Positions 10,330 to 20,551 of a stretch of DNA of 64,000 bases are shown here, in pieces. Under the pieces are notes generated by a model. The model was given only the letters and a program-made list of their open reading frames with translations. It was not told the origin of the DNA and ran no database searches. The position numbers and the translations under genes were made by a program. Location of the stretch: contig CAWBZI010000006.1 in assembly GCA_963793265.1 (NCBI GenBank), positions 96,001 to 160,000 on the forward strand. Reading direction: 5' to 3'. The first letter of the stretch is position 1, and the number at the start of each line of letters is the position of its first letter. The stretch comes from an uncultured cyanobacterium (GTDB lineage Bacteria > Cyanobacteriota > Cyanobacteriia > Phormidesmidales > Phormidesmidaceae).

Positions 10330-10354
10330 GGCACTTTGCAGCAGTCGCCTGTTA

Positions 10355-11254
10355 TCAAGCCTCAGCGCTAACTAGCTGCTCAGCATTTTCTACATCAGCG
10401 CCTTTCAAGAAGGCATTTGTAATTTCCAGGTACCGCTCAGCGTCTTCCATCATGGGAAAGTGAGCGGTATTTGGCATGAGTACATACTGCATTTGCTCGC
10501 TGATGTCGGCGGCCTGTTTGCCTAGTTTGGCGGGCGTAATTTGGTCGTATTCACCGGACACCATCAGCGTAGGCACCTTTAAGTTTTTGAAGGCGATTGG
10601 CATGACTTCGGTGGCGTGTTTGCTCACCGCCGCTTTTAGCGTCCCCATCGATGTGGGGCCATCGGCCATTAGGAAGTCGTTGAGGAAGGCTTTTTTCTCG
10701 GATAGAGGAATGGAGCCTTTGAGGAAGCGCTGCATGAATAGTTGCGGCGCGAAGGGGATTTGGCCAAGCCATTTGGGGCGAAAGGCGACGACGCCACCGC
10801 CGAAGAAGTAGAACAGCTCGAAGGCTATTTTTTGGTAGGGGAAGCTGCCGTTGCAGGTGAGGATTGCTCGCTTTACGCGCTCGGGGTAGCGGTCTAAAAA
10901 GTACAGCCCTGCGGTGCCGCCGAGTGAGTGGGCGTTCATGTATACAGGCTGATTGAGGTTCAGGGTGTCTAGAAGTACGGCAAGATCTTCGGCAAAGCTT
11001 TCTAGTGAGCTGAGGGAAGGGTCTGCGGCCATGGCTTCTGGGGGAGCGGGGTGCGATCGCCCAAATCCCCTCATGTCATAAAGCAAGCAATCATACTCAT
11101 CTTTAATCGCCTCAGCCGTCGATTCCCAATACCGAGCAGATCCGGCCCAACCATGCAAAAAGACCATCACTGGCTTGGAGTAGTCGCCAGGATGGTCTTG
11201 CGTAGAAATCCATTCGTAGTAGTGATCAACCCCGTTTACGCTGACGTAAGGCAT
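10355..11254 (-). CDS. Alpha/beta-fold hydrolase
   Basis: FLHGW, YDMRGFGRS, nucleophile AHSLG, HFPMME. Confidence 0.9.
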   Translation of the reverse strand: MPYVSVNGVDHYYEWISTQDHPGDYSKPVMVFLHGWAGSARYWESTAEAIKDEYDCLLYDMRGFGRSHPAPPEAMAADPSLSSLESFAEDLAVLLDTLNLNQPVYMNAHSLGGTAGLYFLDRYPERVKRAILTCNGSFPYQKIAFELFYFFGGGVVAFRPKWLGQIPFAPQLFMQRFLKGSIPLSEKKAFLNDFLMADGPTSMGTLKAAVSKHATEVMPIAFKNLKVPTLMVSGEYDQITPAKLGKQAADISEQMQYVLMPNTAHFPMMEDAERYLEITNAFLKGADVENAEQLVSAEA

Positions 11255-11332
11255 TCGCAGTTCTTCTTATTTTCTCGTCGTCAAAAGATTATAAAAAGGA
11301 ACAGAATCGCCTTGTCGTTACCGACACAAAGC

Positions 11333-12670
11333 TTAAGCAGACTCAGGCTCAGGAATTGCAGCCGGATGTACGATTAGCTCAGCGGTTGAACGGTTTTCGA
11401 CCATTTCGCGCGTGAGAACGCAATGCTTTACGTCTTCGCGTGAGGGTAGCTCATACATAATGTCGAGCATAATTTCTTCGATAATGCTGCGGAGGGCACG
11501 GGCTCCAGTTTTGCGATTGAAGGCTTCTTTCGCGATCGCCCTGATCGCCTCCGGCTGAAACTCCAGCTCCACATTATCCATCCGCATCAGCTTCTTAAAC
11601 TGCTTTACCAAAGCATTCTTCGGCTCCGTCAAAATAGAAACCAGCGTCTTCTCATCTAGCGGCTCCACAATCGAAATCGCCGGAATTCGCCCGATAAACT
11701 CAGGAATCATCCCAAACTTAACAATGTCATCAGCCACCAAATGCTTCAGCGTTTGAGTAGACTGCTTCTCAGTATCAGCCTCCTTACCCGGCTGCACAAA
11801 GCCCATCGACTTTTTGCCAATGCGCTGCTCCACAATCTTGTCGAGCCCCACAAAAGCACCGCCGCATACAAACAAAATATTGCTCGTATCAATCTGAATA
11901 CAGTCTTGATAAGGATGCTTGCGCCCCCCTTGAGGCGGCACATTCGCAACCGTACCTTCTAGCATCTTCAAAAGCGCCTGCTGAACGCCCTCACCCGACA
12001 CATCACGAGTAATCGAAGGGTTCTCACTCTTACGCGCAATCTTGTCTATCTCATCAATATAAATAATGCCGCGCTGAGCCTCATCCACATCCAAATCAGC
12101 TACCTGAAGCAACCTCAATAGAATGTTTTCGACATCCTCACCGACATAGCCCGCCTCAGTCAGCGTCGTCGCATCAGCCACCGCAAACGGCACTTCCAAA
12201 ATTGCCGCCAGCGTCTGTGCTAAAAGCGTCTTACCACAGCCGGTCGGGCCAATCAGCAGGATATTAGACTTCTGAAGTTCAATATCTTCCTCGTCGCCCT
12301 CACCCGCTTCAGCATTCACAAAGCTCAGACGCTTGTAGTGGTTATACACCGCTACCGAAAGCACCTTCTTGGCCTCATCTTGACCAATCACGTGCTCATC
12401 CAAATAAGCCTTAATCTCGCGCGGCTTCGGAATCTGGTTTAGTGAAATTTGAGATGGAGACTTACGCCGCCTTTCAGGAGCTTGCTCACGGCGAGGGGCA
12501 GGGGCCGCGACAGACGAATTAGAGTCAAACAACTCCTCATCCAAAATTTCATTACAAAGGTCAACGCATTCATCACATACGTAAACCCCCGGCCCCGCAA
12601 TTAGCTTGCGCACCTGCTCCTGCGACTTACCGCAAAAAGAACACTTCAAATGGGAGTCGTACTTAGACAT
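11333..12670 (-). CDS. clpX: Clp protease ATP-binding subunit ClpX
   Basis: CSFC...CDEC zinc finger, [27 protein letters not shown]. Confidence 0.98.
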   Translation of the reverse strand: MSKYDSHLKCSFCGKSQEQVRKLIAGPGVYVCDECVDLCNEILDEELFDSNSSVAAPAPRREQAPERRRKSPSQISLNQIPKPREIKAYLDEHVIGQDEAKKVLSVAVYNHYKRLSFVNAEAGEGDEEDIELQKSNILLIGPTGCGKTLLAQTLAAILEVPFAVADATTLTEAGYVGEDVENILLRLLQVADLDVDEAQRGIIYIDEIDKIARKSENPSITRDVSGEGVQQALLKMLEGTVANVPPQGGRKHPYQDCIQIDTSNILFVCGGAFVGLDKIVEQRIGKKSMGFVQPGKEADTEKQSTQTLKHLVADDIVKFGMIPEFIGRIPAISIVEPLDEKTLVSILTEPKNALVKQFKKLMRMDNVELEFQPEAIRAIAKEAFNRKTGARALRSIIEEIMLDIMYELPSREDVKHCVLTREMVENRSTAELIVHPAAIPEPESA

Positions 12671-12675
12671 AACCG

Positions 12676-13395
12676 TTACCCTACCGCAGTCAGCTTAGTA
12701 TCAGAGAGCATTTGTTTGGTAACCACCTGATCGATCAGGCCATACGCCTTCGCTTCTTCCGCAGACATAAAGAAGTCACGCTCAGTATCTTCCTCAATCC
12801 GCTCTAAATCCTGACCCGTATGTCCGGCCAGCATCTCATTCAAACGCTTCTTCAAATACAGAATCTCGCGAGCCTGAATTTCAATATCTGCTGACTGACC
12901 TTGAGCGCCGCCCGACGGCTGGTGAATCATGATTCTTGAGCTAGGTAAAGACATGCGCTTGCCTTGAGCCCCGCCCGCTAGCAAAAACGCGCCCATACTC
13001 GCAGCCAGACCGAAGCAAATGGTCACCACGTCAGGGCGAATTTGCTGCATCGTATCGTAAATGGCCATGCCAGCCGTGACCGAGCCACCGGGAGAGTTGA
13101 TGTATAGCTGCACGTCCTTTTCAGGATCTTCTGCATCTAGGAAGAGAAGTTGAGCCACGATGGAATCAGCGACATCATCCATTACGGGCGTACCCAGGAA
13201 AATAATCCGCTCGCGCAGGAGTCGAGAATAGATATCAAAGGCTCTCTCACCCCGTCCTGACTGCTCGACCACCATGGGCACAACGCCCTGAGGGTATTGA
13301 AGAGGGGATTGAAGAGGAGATTGAGAGGCGAGGCTTAGATTTGGAAAGCCAAACCGAGCGCCATGAGTGCCTGCTGTGAAGCTTGATGTATCCAT
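12676..13395 (-). CDS. clpP: Clp protease proteolytic subunit
   Basis: [39 protein letters not shown]. Confidence 0.97.
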   Translation of the reverse strand: MDTSSFTAGTHGARFGFPNLSLASQSPLQSPLQYPQGVVPMVVEQSGRGERAFDIYSRLLRERIIFLGTPVMDDVADSIVAQLLFLDAEDPEKDVQLYINSPGGSVTAGMAIYDTMQQIRPDVVTICFGLAASMGAFLLAGGAQGKRMSLPSSRIMIHQPSGGAQGQSADIEIQAREILYLKKRLNEMLAGHTGQDLERIEEDTERDFFMSAEEAKAYGLIDQVVTKQMLSDTKLTAVG

Positions 13396-13516
13396 AAAAC
13401 TGAAGCGACTGCCTATATACGTGCTTAATGTACCGCATCTCTCACCCTACACAAGCGTGAAGATGCGATACCACTGTAGCGAATCAACCTATTTTCGACA
13501 TATTCGGTTATTAGCC

Positions 13517-14944
13517 CTATGCCTCTTCTTCAACAACCGAAGCTTCTACCACTTCAGCCTCAACGGTCTGAGCCTCACCGTCATCGGCTTCCTCCACCTC
13601 GGGCTCTTCAGGCGTCAACGTTCCTTCAGGAACCATCTCAACCGTAGAGTTTTCCTTGAGCCAGGCTAGGATTTTCTCTTTGAGCAAGTCTTCAGTCACC
13701 ACCTGAGTCAGCCGCTCTGGATCAACTTGGGTAGGATCTTCTACCTCAGCCATCATCTCTTCAGAACGCGCCTTAATCTCAGCGTCTTCGACCTCAATTT
13801 CTTCTTGCTTAGCAATCTCGCCCAAAGCCAGCGTCCGGCGCAGTCGCTCAATCGCTTCAGGACGCGCATTAGAGCGCATTCCATCTACTAATTCTTTAGT
13901 GAGGAACTTGCCCAAATCAATGCCCTGACGGCTGAGCTGCATCGCCGTTTGGGTCACGATAAAGTCAACTTCTTTCTTGATCAAAGTATCAGGAATTTCA
14001 GCCTCGATATGCTTTACGAGTTCATCGAGCAAAGCCTGCTCAACGTTCGCATCGGTCGCATCGGTCGCTTCTTTTTCGTAACGTTCTTCTAAAGACTTAC
14101 GAAGTTCTGCTAACGTTTCAAACTCGCTGACTTCTTCAGCAAAGTCGTCGTCAATCTCAGGCAGCTCTTTTTCTTTTAGTTCTTTAAGCGAAATAGTGAA
14201 CGTTGCAGGCTTACCCGCTAGTTCAGCTTGAGGATAATCTTCAGGGAACGTTACTTCTACGTCCTTATCTTCTTCGAGCTTCATCCCCACAATGCCTTCT
14301 ACAAAGCCCGGAATAAAGCGACCTTCTTTAATCTCTACCTGAAAATCTTCAGCGCTACCGCCTTCAAATTCTTCTAGCTCGCCCGCTTCATTCTCAGCTT
14401 TGCCGACAAAATCAACGACAGCAACATCGCCATCCTGAGCGGCTCTGTCTTCTACAGGTACTAAAGTTGCCAGATTTTCTAGATAGCCCTCTAGCGTTTC
14501 ATCAACCCGGCTAGCAGTATCGGCTTTTATTTCTTCAGCCTGAACAGAGAGTCCTTTGTATGTGCTAAGCGTGACCCGTGGCGGCACGTCTACAGACGCA
14601 GAAATCGTAATTTCTTTACCGGGCTCAAACTGCCCAATCATCGACTCAAAATCTGAGCGCAGTTGATAGTTACCGAGCGCGTCAATATCTTCTTGCTTAA
14701 CCGCTTGATCGACTACCTTTTGCAGCAAATCTTCTAAAGCCGCTGCTTTTAGTTGCAGTCCACCGATCCGCTGAATCAGGATTTGGCGAGGCACTTTGCC
14801 CTTGCGAAACCCAGGAATATTAGCCGACTTCATATAGTCGCGCAGAACCTTCTCGTAGCTCTGCTTTGTCATCTCTGCCGGAACTTCTATTTCCAATCCG
14901 ACTTGGCTATCGGGCAGATTTTCCTGAGTAACTTTCATAGACAA
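13517..14944 (-). CDS. tig: Trigger factor
   Basis: IPGFRKGKVP signature, FKBP domain, tig-clpP-clpX order. Confidence 0.97.
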   Translation of the reverse strand: MSMKVTQENLPDSQVGLEIEVPAEMTKQSYEKVLRDYMKSANIPGFRKGKVPRQILIQRIGGLQLKAAALEDLLQKVVDQAVKQEDIDALGNYQLRSDFESMIGQFEPGKEITISASVDVPPRVTLSTYKGLSVQAEEIKADTASRVDETLEGYLENLATLVPVEDRAAQDGDVAVVDFVGKAENEAGELEEFEGGSAEDFQVEIKEGRFIPGFVEGIVGMKLEEDKDVEVTFPEDYPQAELAGKPATFTISLKELKEKELPEIDDDFAEEVSEFETLAELRKSLEERYEKEATDATDANVEQALLDELVKHIEAEIPDTLIKKEVDFIVTQTAMQLSRQGIDLGKFLTKELVDGMRSNARPEAIERLRRTLALGEIAKQEEIEVEDAEIKARSEEMMAEVEDPTQVDPERLTQVVTEDLLKEKILAWLKENSTVEMVPEGTLTPEEPEVEEADDGEAQTVEAEVVEASVVEEEA

Positions 14945-15182
14945 ATACTGTTGGACAAATAAATATGCGAGACGTGATAACGCGATCGCTCAGCCCCGAA
15001 CTTTCAAAAATTCGCCCGCAAAACGGCAGCTAGCAGATCAGTTATCTATCGCAGTTAGACATCATACACCGCATTATATTGATTCGCGCGAAACTTCCAT
15101 CCCCCCTTGGATTTCTCTCAATAATATAGAGTGATTGAAATGTATAGTAATTGAAGCTTAGTTATTAACCCGGCGTAAGCAT

Positions 15183-16217
15183 ATGCCCGACTCTTACAAC
15201 GTTGCCATCATGGGCGCTACTGGCGCAGTAGGCACCGAACTGCTTCAGCTCCTCGACGAGCGCAACTTTCCGATCAAAACCCTAAAGCTGCTGGCATCGC
15301 CTCGCTCCGCCGGTAAAGAAATCAGCTTTAAGGGCAAAAATATTACGATTGAAGCGGTGAGTGCACAGGCTTTTAAGGGCATCGATATCGTACTGGCCTC
15401 AGCCGGTGGCTCTACCTCTAAGGAATGGGGCAAGGCGATTGTGGACGCAGGTGCGCTCATGATTGACAATTCCAGCGCGTTTAGGATGGATGAGTCGGTG
15501 CCGCTAGTGGTACCCGAGGTCAACCCTCAAGCTGCTGAAGGTCACAACGGGATTATTGCGAACCCAAACTGCACCACGATTTTGATGAGCGTGGCGCTGT
15601 GGCCTTTGCAGCAGATTCAGCCGATTCAAAGGATTGTGGTAGCCACTTATCAGTCTGCGAGTGGGGCGGGGGCAAGGGCTATGGAAGAAGTGAAGCAGCA
15701 GGCTCAGGCTATTTTGAATGGGGAAAAGCCGCCTACAGAGAGCTTTCCGTATCCCCTGGCTTTTAATTTGTTTCCGCACAATACGCCGCTTAATGAGCAG
15801 GGCTATTGCGAAGAAGAAATGAAAATGGTCAATGAAACGCGCAAGATTTTTGGCATCTCTGACTTAAGAATTTCGGCTACCTGCATTCGGGTGCCTGTTT
15901 TAAGAGCCCATTCAGAAGCCGTGAACCTAGAATTCGCTCAGCCCTTTGAGGTCGCTCAGGCAAGAAAGGCTATTGAACAGGCCGATGGCGTTCAGCTCGT
16001 AGAAGATTGGAATGCCAACTATTTTCCAATGCCGATAGATGCCAGTGGCGAAGATGATGTGCTGGTAGGCCGGATTCGTCAGGATTTATCGCATCCTGCG
16101 GGATTAGAGCTGTGGCTATGTGGCGATCAGATTCGTAAGGGTGCGGCATTAAATGCGGTGCAGATTGCGGAGCTGGTGGTGGCTAAACGTTGGCTCAAAG
16201 TAGCTGCAATGGCATAG
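15183..16217 (+). CDS. asd: Aspartate-semialdehyde dehydrogenase
   Basis: GATGAVG, IIANPNCTT, TYQSASGAG, DQIRKGAALNAVQIAE. Confidence 0.97.
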   Translation: MPDSYNVAIMGATGAVGTELLQLLDERNFPIKTLKLLASPRSAGKEISFKGKNITIEAVSAQAFKGIDIVLASAGGSTSKEWGKAIVDAGALMIDNSSAFRMDESVPLVVPEVNPQAAEGHNGIIANPNCTTILMSVALWPLQQIQPIQRIVVATYQSASGAGARAMEEVKQQAQAILNGEKPPTESFPYPLAFNLFPHNTPLNEQGYCEEEMKMVNETRKIFGISDLRISATCIRVPVLRAHSEAVNLEFAQPFEVAQARKAIEQADGVQLVEDWNANYFPMPIDASGEDDVLVGRIRQDLSHPAGLELWLCGDQIRKGAALNAVQIAELVVAKRWLKVAAMA

Positions 16218-16250
16218 AAGTAAGCGTTCACGTAACAGCAGGATGAAGAG

Positions 16251-17168
16251 ATGACTAGCGCTGACAGCTCGAATGCTGCGCCCAGGTTTGGCCGAGTGCT
16301 CACCGCAATGGCAACGCCGTTTTTGCCTTCTGGGGAGGTTAACTATCCCATAGCCGAAAAGCTGGCAAGCCACCTGGCAGACCATGGCACAGATACCGTT
16401 GTGGTGTGTGGCACAACAGGCGAGTCGCCGTCTCTGACTTGGGATGAAGAATATGCTCTGTTTAAGGCTGTAAAGCAGGCGGTGGGCGGTAGAGCGCAGA
16501 TATTGGCGGGTACGGGTTCTAATAGCACCACTGAAGCGATTGAGGCGACTCGGAAGGCTGAGAAGCTTGGGCTAGAGGGATCTTTGCAGGTAGTGCCTTA
16601 CTACAATAAGCCACCTCAAGCGGGGTTAGTGGGTCACTTTGAGGCGATCGCACAGTCCGTCCCCGACTTACCGATCATGCTCTACAATGTTCCTGGGCGC
16701 ACTAGCTGCAACCTTCTTCCTGAAACAGTTGCCAAATTATCAAGTATTCCTAATATCGTTGCCATCAAAGAAGCAAGTGGGAATCTTGATCAGGTCAGCG
16801 CGATCAGCAGATTATGTCCATCTGAGTTTGAGATTTACTCAGGAGACGACTCTTTAACGCTGCCCATGCTCTCCGTAGGCGCAGTGGGCGTTGTTAGCGT
16901 CAGCAGTCATTTAGTCGGTGATAAGCTTCAAAAAATGGTTCGTGCTTTTGAAGCAGGCCAGGTCAAAGAAGCCAGAGATTTGCATCTTCAGCTATTGCCT
17001 TTGTTTAAAGTTTTGTTCTCGTTTACGAGCCCGATTCCTCTAAAAATGGCGTTAGAGCTTCAGGGTTGGGCAGTTGGCAAATGCCGCCTACCGCTCTGTA
17101 AAGGGTCAAATGAACTTAGGCAAGTGCTTAAAACCACACTCTTAGAACTGGATCTACCAGTGGCATAG
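16251..17168 (+). CDS. dapA: 4-hydroxy-tetrahydrodipicolinate synthase
   Basis: GTTGES, YNVPGRT, AIKEASG, YSGDD. Confidence 0.97.
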   Translation: MTSADSSNAAPRFGRVLTAMATPFLPSGEVNYPIAEKLASHLADHGTDTVVVCGTTGESPSLTWDEEYALFKAVKQAVGGRAQILAGTGSNSTTEAIEATRKAEKLGLEGSLQVVPYYNKPPQAGLVGHFEAIAQSVPDLPIMLYNVPGRTSCNLLPETVAKLSSIPNIVAIKEASGNLDQVSAISRLCPSEFEIYSGDDSLTLPMLSVGAVGVVSVSSHLVGDKLQKMVRAFEAGQVKEARDLHLQLLPLFKVLFSFTSPIPLKMALELQGWAVGKCRLPLCKGSNELRQVLKTTLLELDLPVA

Positions 17169-17816
17169 CTAGTACAAAAAGTGTAAGACTAATGCAGGAA
17201 TAAGGATAAGCTAGGAATAATTGCTTATTCGTATAGCATTGAGTTAGTGCTCAAGAACGCCTCGTAAATAGCCAGAGGCTTCAGCATCAATTAAGCCGAC
17301 AGGTAATACAAAGGAACAAGCGGCCTTGAGGAACGAAAGGCCAATGCGCTCTCAAAAGTGCAAAGGAAAAGAAAGTGACGGAAAAAGTCGAAACTTTAGC
17401 TTGAGCTTTACCGAAGAACTAATTACGAAGCTCTCGAAGCCCTTAAACCGTCAGGGCAAACCAGTATTTATCAGCGCTAGCTATAGAAGCGCTGCACAGA
17501 TCTATCTATCACGTCCGTTTTCAGTCGTTCAGCACCAGGTAAATTTCAATTGATTGCATTCAAAAAAAATAAATACACCAGCCCAAAGAAAAGGGTTGAT
17601 GCCACCAGTTGCCCGCAGGTCAGCAGCACAATGTCCAATATTCTTTGCTACGGGGCATTCGCTGTCGCCCTGTAGCCATGCCATCTAACAATCGATTGGC
17701 AAGCCAGCTAATTCTGGGCGTCCTCGTATCAGGCGACTTCTACACAGGCCAGGTATTGCCATCCAATTTTTCATTTCAAATCTTTCAACATTTCAACTCG
17801 TATAAAAGGAAACTAC

Positions 17817-19814
17817 ATGAGTAGACTCACAGATAGCAGCTCAAAAGAAAGTGCTCAAGACGTACAGAGCGCGCCAAAGCCTAGCCCTAAGACCAGCAAA
17901 AGAACTGGCCCGACTAGAACCAGAACCACCGCCCGCAGCAGTGCTGCTAAAACCAGCTCAAACAACGGCAACGGCGCTAGCCCAAAGAGTAGCCCAAGCA
18001 GCAAAAACGGTCGATCTAGCAACGAAAAAGTGCTCAAGATCATTCCGTTAGGTGGCCTGCATGAAATTGGTAAGAACACCTGCGTCTTTGAATATGATGA
18101 TGAAATTGTCTTATTAGATGCTGGCCTGTCTTTCCCGACTGAAGGAATGCACGGCGTTAATATCGTGCTGCCTGATATTACCTATCTCAAAGAGAATCAG
18201 CACAAGATTAAAGGCATGATCGTCACCCATGGTCATGAAGACCATATTGGCGGTATTGCTTTTCACCTGAAGCAGTTTGATATTCCTGTCATTCACGGCC
18301 CGCGTTTGGCGATGGCGCTGCTGCAAGGCAAGTTAGAAGAAGCTGGAGTGAGCGATCGCACCAAACTCCACACCGTTGGCCCTCGTGACATCGTTCAGTT
18401 CGGCAAGCACTTCAAAGCGCAATACATCCGCAACACGCACTCCATGGCCGACAGCTTCACCATGGCGATAGAAACGCCCGTGGGCACCATCATCCACAGC
18501 GGTGACTTCAAAGTTGACCACACTCCGGTAGACGGCGAATTCTTCGACTTTCAAAAAATTGCAGAGTACGGCGAAAAAGGCGTTCTGTGCCTGATCAGCG
18601 ACTCTACCAACGCAGAGATTCCAGGAAACACACCTTCTGAACGCGCCGTATTCCCCAACCTAGACAGAGAATTTAACGACGCCAAAGGTCGCCTGTTCGT
18701 CACGACATTTGCCTCCTCGGTTCACCGGGTCAGCATGTTGCTAGAGCTAGCCCAAAAGCACAAGCGCGACGTATTCGTCGTAGGCCGTTCAATGCTGAAC
18801 GTTATCTCTCACGCGCGAAACCTGGGCTACATCAACGCGCCCGACAGCCTGTTTAAGCCACTCAACATGCTTAAGCAGTGCCCCGATGAAAAAGCGATGA
18901 TCCTGACGACTGGCTCACAGGGCGAGCCAATGGCAGCGCTCACCCGCATCGCCAACCGATCCCACCGCCAGATTAGAATCCAAAAAGGCGATACGGTTAT
19001 CTTTTCGTCTAACCCAATTCCCGGCAACACCATTGGCGTCGTCAATACCATTGACAAGCTGATGATCCAGGGCGCTCGCGTTATCTATGGCAAGGGCAAA
19101 GGGCTACACGTTTCCGGTCACGGCTACCAGGAAGATCACAAGCTGATGTTGGCGCTTACTCGGCCTAAGTTCTTCATTCCTGTACACGGCGAGCATAGAA
19201 TGCTGGTCAAGCACGCTGAAATGGCGCAGCAGCTTGGCGTAGAAGCAGACAATATTGCCATTGTGAACAACGGTGATGTAATTAAGATTGCGCCTGACAG
19301 CATGGAAGTAGACGGTCAGGTAACCGCAGGTATTGAGCTTGTAGATGCTTCACGCACAGGTATTGTCGAGCGGGCGGTGCTCAAAGAGCGTCAGCAGTTA
19401 GCTGAAGATGGCATCATCACTGTCTCAGCGACCGTTGACAGCAAAGGTCATTTGCTAGGCGATCCCTCTATTAACTTGCGCGGTGTTGTGACTGTCAAAA
19501 CGCAGGAGCAGTGGGAGCGTAGCGCTGTTGCTACGGTGAAAAAGTCGCTGCGTGAGCGGTGGAAAGAAGTGGTTGAGAATGCAGATAGCGATCGCCCCAC
19601 CATTAAATGGGATGGCTTGCAGTCTCGGCTTGAAGAAGACGTGCGTCGATTTGTGCGTCGCGAGCTGCCAAAGCAGTATCCGGTCGCCGTTTTGCTGCTT
19701 CAGCATGTCGATGGTGCGGTAGCTGCTGGCGATGATGGCCAGAATGGAGCGGCGGTTGGAGAGCCTAAGCGTAGCCCCGGTAGACGTAAGCGATCGCTCG
19801 CCTCCGCCTCCTAA
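17817..19814 (+). CDS. rnj: Ribonuclease J
   Basis: PLGGLHEIGKN, THGHEDHIG, HSGDFK, HVSGH, PVHGEHR; low-complexity N- and C-terminal extensions. Confidence 0.96.
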   Translation: MSRLTDSSSKESAQDVQSAPKPSPKTSKRTGPTRTRTTARSSAAKTSSNNGNGASPKSSPSSKNGRSSNEKVLKIIPLGGLHEIGKNTCVFEYDDEIVLLDAGLSFPTEGMHGVNIVLPDITYLKENQHKIKGMIVTHGHEDHIGGIAFHLKQFDIPVIHGPRLAMALLQGKLEEAGVSDRTKLHTVGPRDIVQFGKHFKAQYIRNTHSMADSFTMAIETPVGTIIHSGDFKVDHTPVDGEFFDFQKIAEYGEKGVLCLISDSTNAEIPGNTPSERAVFPNLDREFNDAKGRLFVTTFASSVHRVSMLLELAQKHKRDVFVVGRSMLNVISHARNLGYINAPDSLFKPLNMLKQCPDEKAMILTTGSQGEPMAALTRIANRSHRQIRIQKGDTVIFSSNPIPGNTIGVVNTIDKLMIQGARVIYGKGKGLHVSGHGYQEDHKLMLALTRPKFFIPVHGEHRMLVKHAEMAQQLGVEADNIAIVNNGDVIKIAPDSMEVDGQVTAGIELVDASRTGIVERAVLKERQQLAEDGIITVSATVDSKGHLLGDPSINLRGVVTVKTQEQWERSAVATVKKSLRERWKEVVENADSDRPTIKWDGLQSRLEEDVRRFVRRELPKQYPVAVLLLQHVDGAVAAGDDGQNGAAVGEPKRSPGRRKRSLASAS

Positions 19815-19880
19815 ACCATCAGATACAGTCATCAGCTATAAACTTTTAGCCATCTTCTGAAGCTACAAAGTCAAAAGCTA

Positions 19881-19922
19881 CAAAACCCCTAGTGCCCTTG
19901 ATTTAAGGCGCTGGGGGTTTTG
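19881..19922 (+). terminator. Intrinsic terminator after rnj
   Basis: CAAAACCCCTAGTGCC...GGCGCTGGGGGTTTTG hairpin with T tail. Confidence 0.7.
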
Positions 19923-20004
19923 TGTATCGAGAGAATATAAACCACTTGAAATTAGTCAAATTAAAATTTTGTATAGCCAAATAGTATAAAAGCGCTTCTG
20001 GGGC

Positions 20005-20551
20005 TATAATACAGCCACGGAAGCTACCGCAAAGAGCTAAATAGGCCAGAGCCGAACAGGCTTCGTCTAAATTGCCCTGATGACTAACTGCCCTCAGAGA
20101 AGAGGGGTTAGCTAGCGGTTAATCCCTGAGTTTATATGACGCGCTTTTGTTAAGGTTCGGTTGCTACGCCCAACCTGCTAAAGCTGCGATCAAGGCTTGA
20201 AGAAAGCTAAAGAAAGTAAGAGATAACGCTTTACAGCAGGCATTGCTTTGCTGTTCCAGGCAAAAGGGTTAGACAACTGCCTTTTGTTTGTACCTCGACC
20301 TTTTACATTGGCTTTAATGTTTAGATCGGTTTTTTAGCAAACTATCTCGATCAAACAATTCTCCTAAAGACTCAGCGCTTTCTCATTCGTTGATTTTTGT
20401 TTACAGCCCTTGTTTACGGCTTTTGTTCACAGTCTTCAAGATTGACTTTCACGACATTATTTTTTCCAATTTTTTACTACTGACTCAAGAACCCGCCAGC
20501 AAAAAAGCCTTACAAATCGGCATCAACTGGCAGGATTCCGAGGAATATTGA
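20005..20551 (+). promoter_or_regulatory. Putative rne -10 box and ~530-nt 5' leader
   Basis: TATAAT at 20005-20010; no listed ORF before the rne ATG; hairpins and U-rich tracts. Long rne leaders are known in cyanobacteria. Confidence 0.55.

Noticed and set aside
17326..17824. Short ORFs 17326-17553 and 17609-17824
   Set aside because: TTG starts, no recognisable motif or clear ribosome-binding site; more likely rnj leader sequence.
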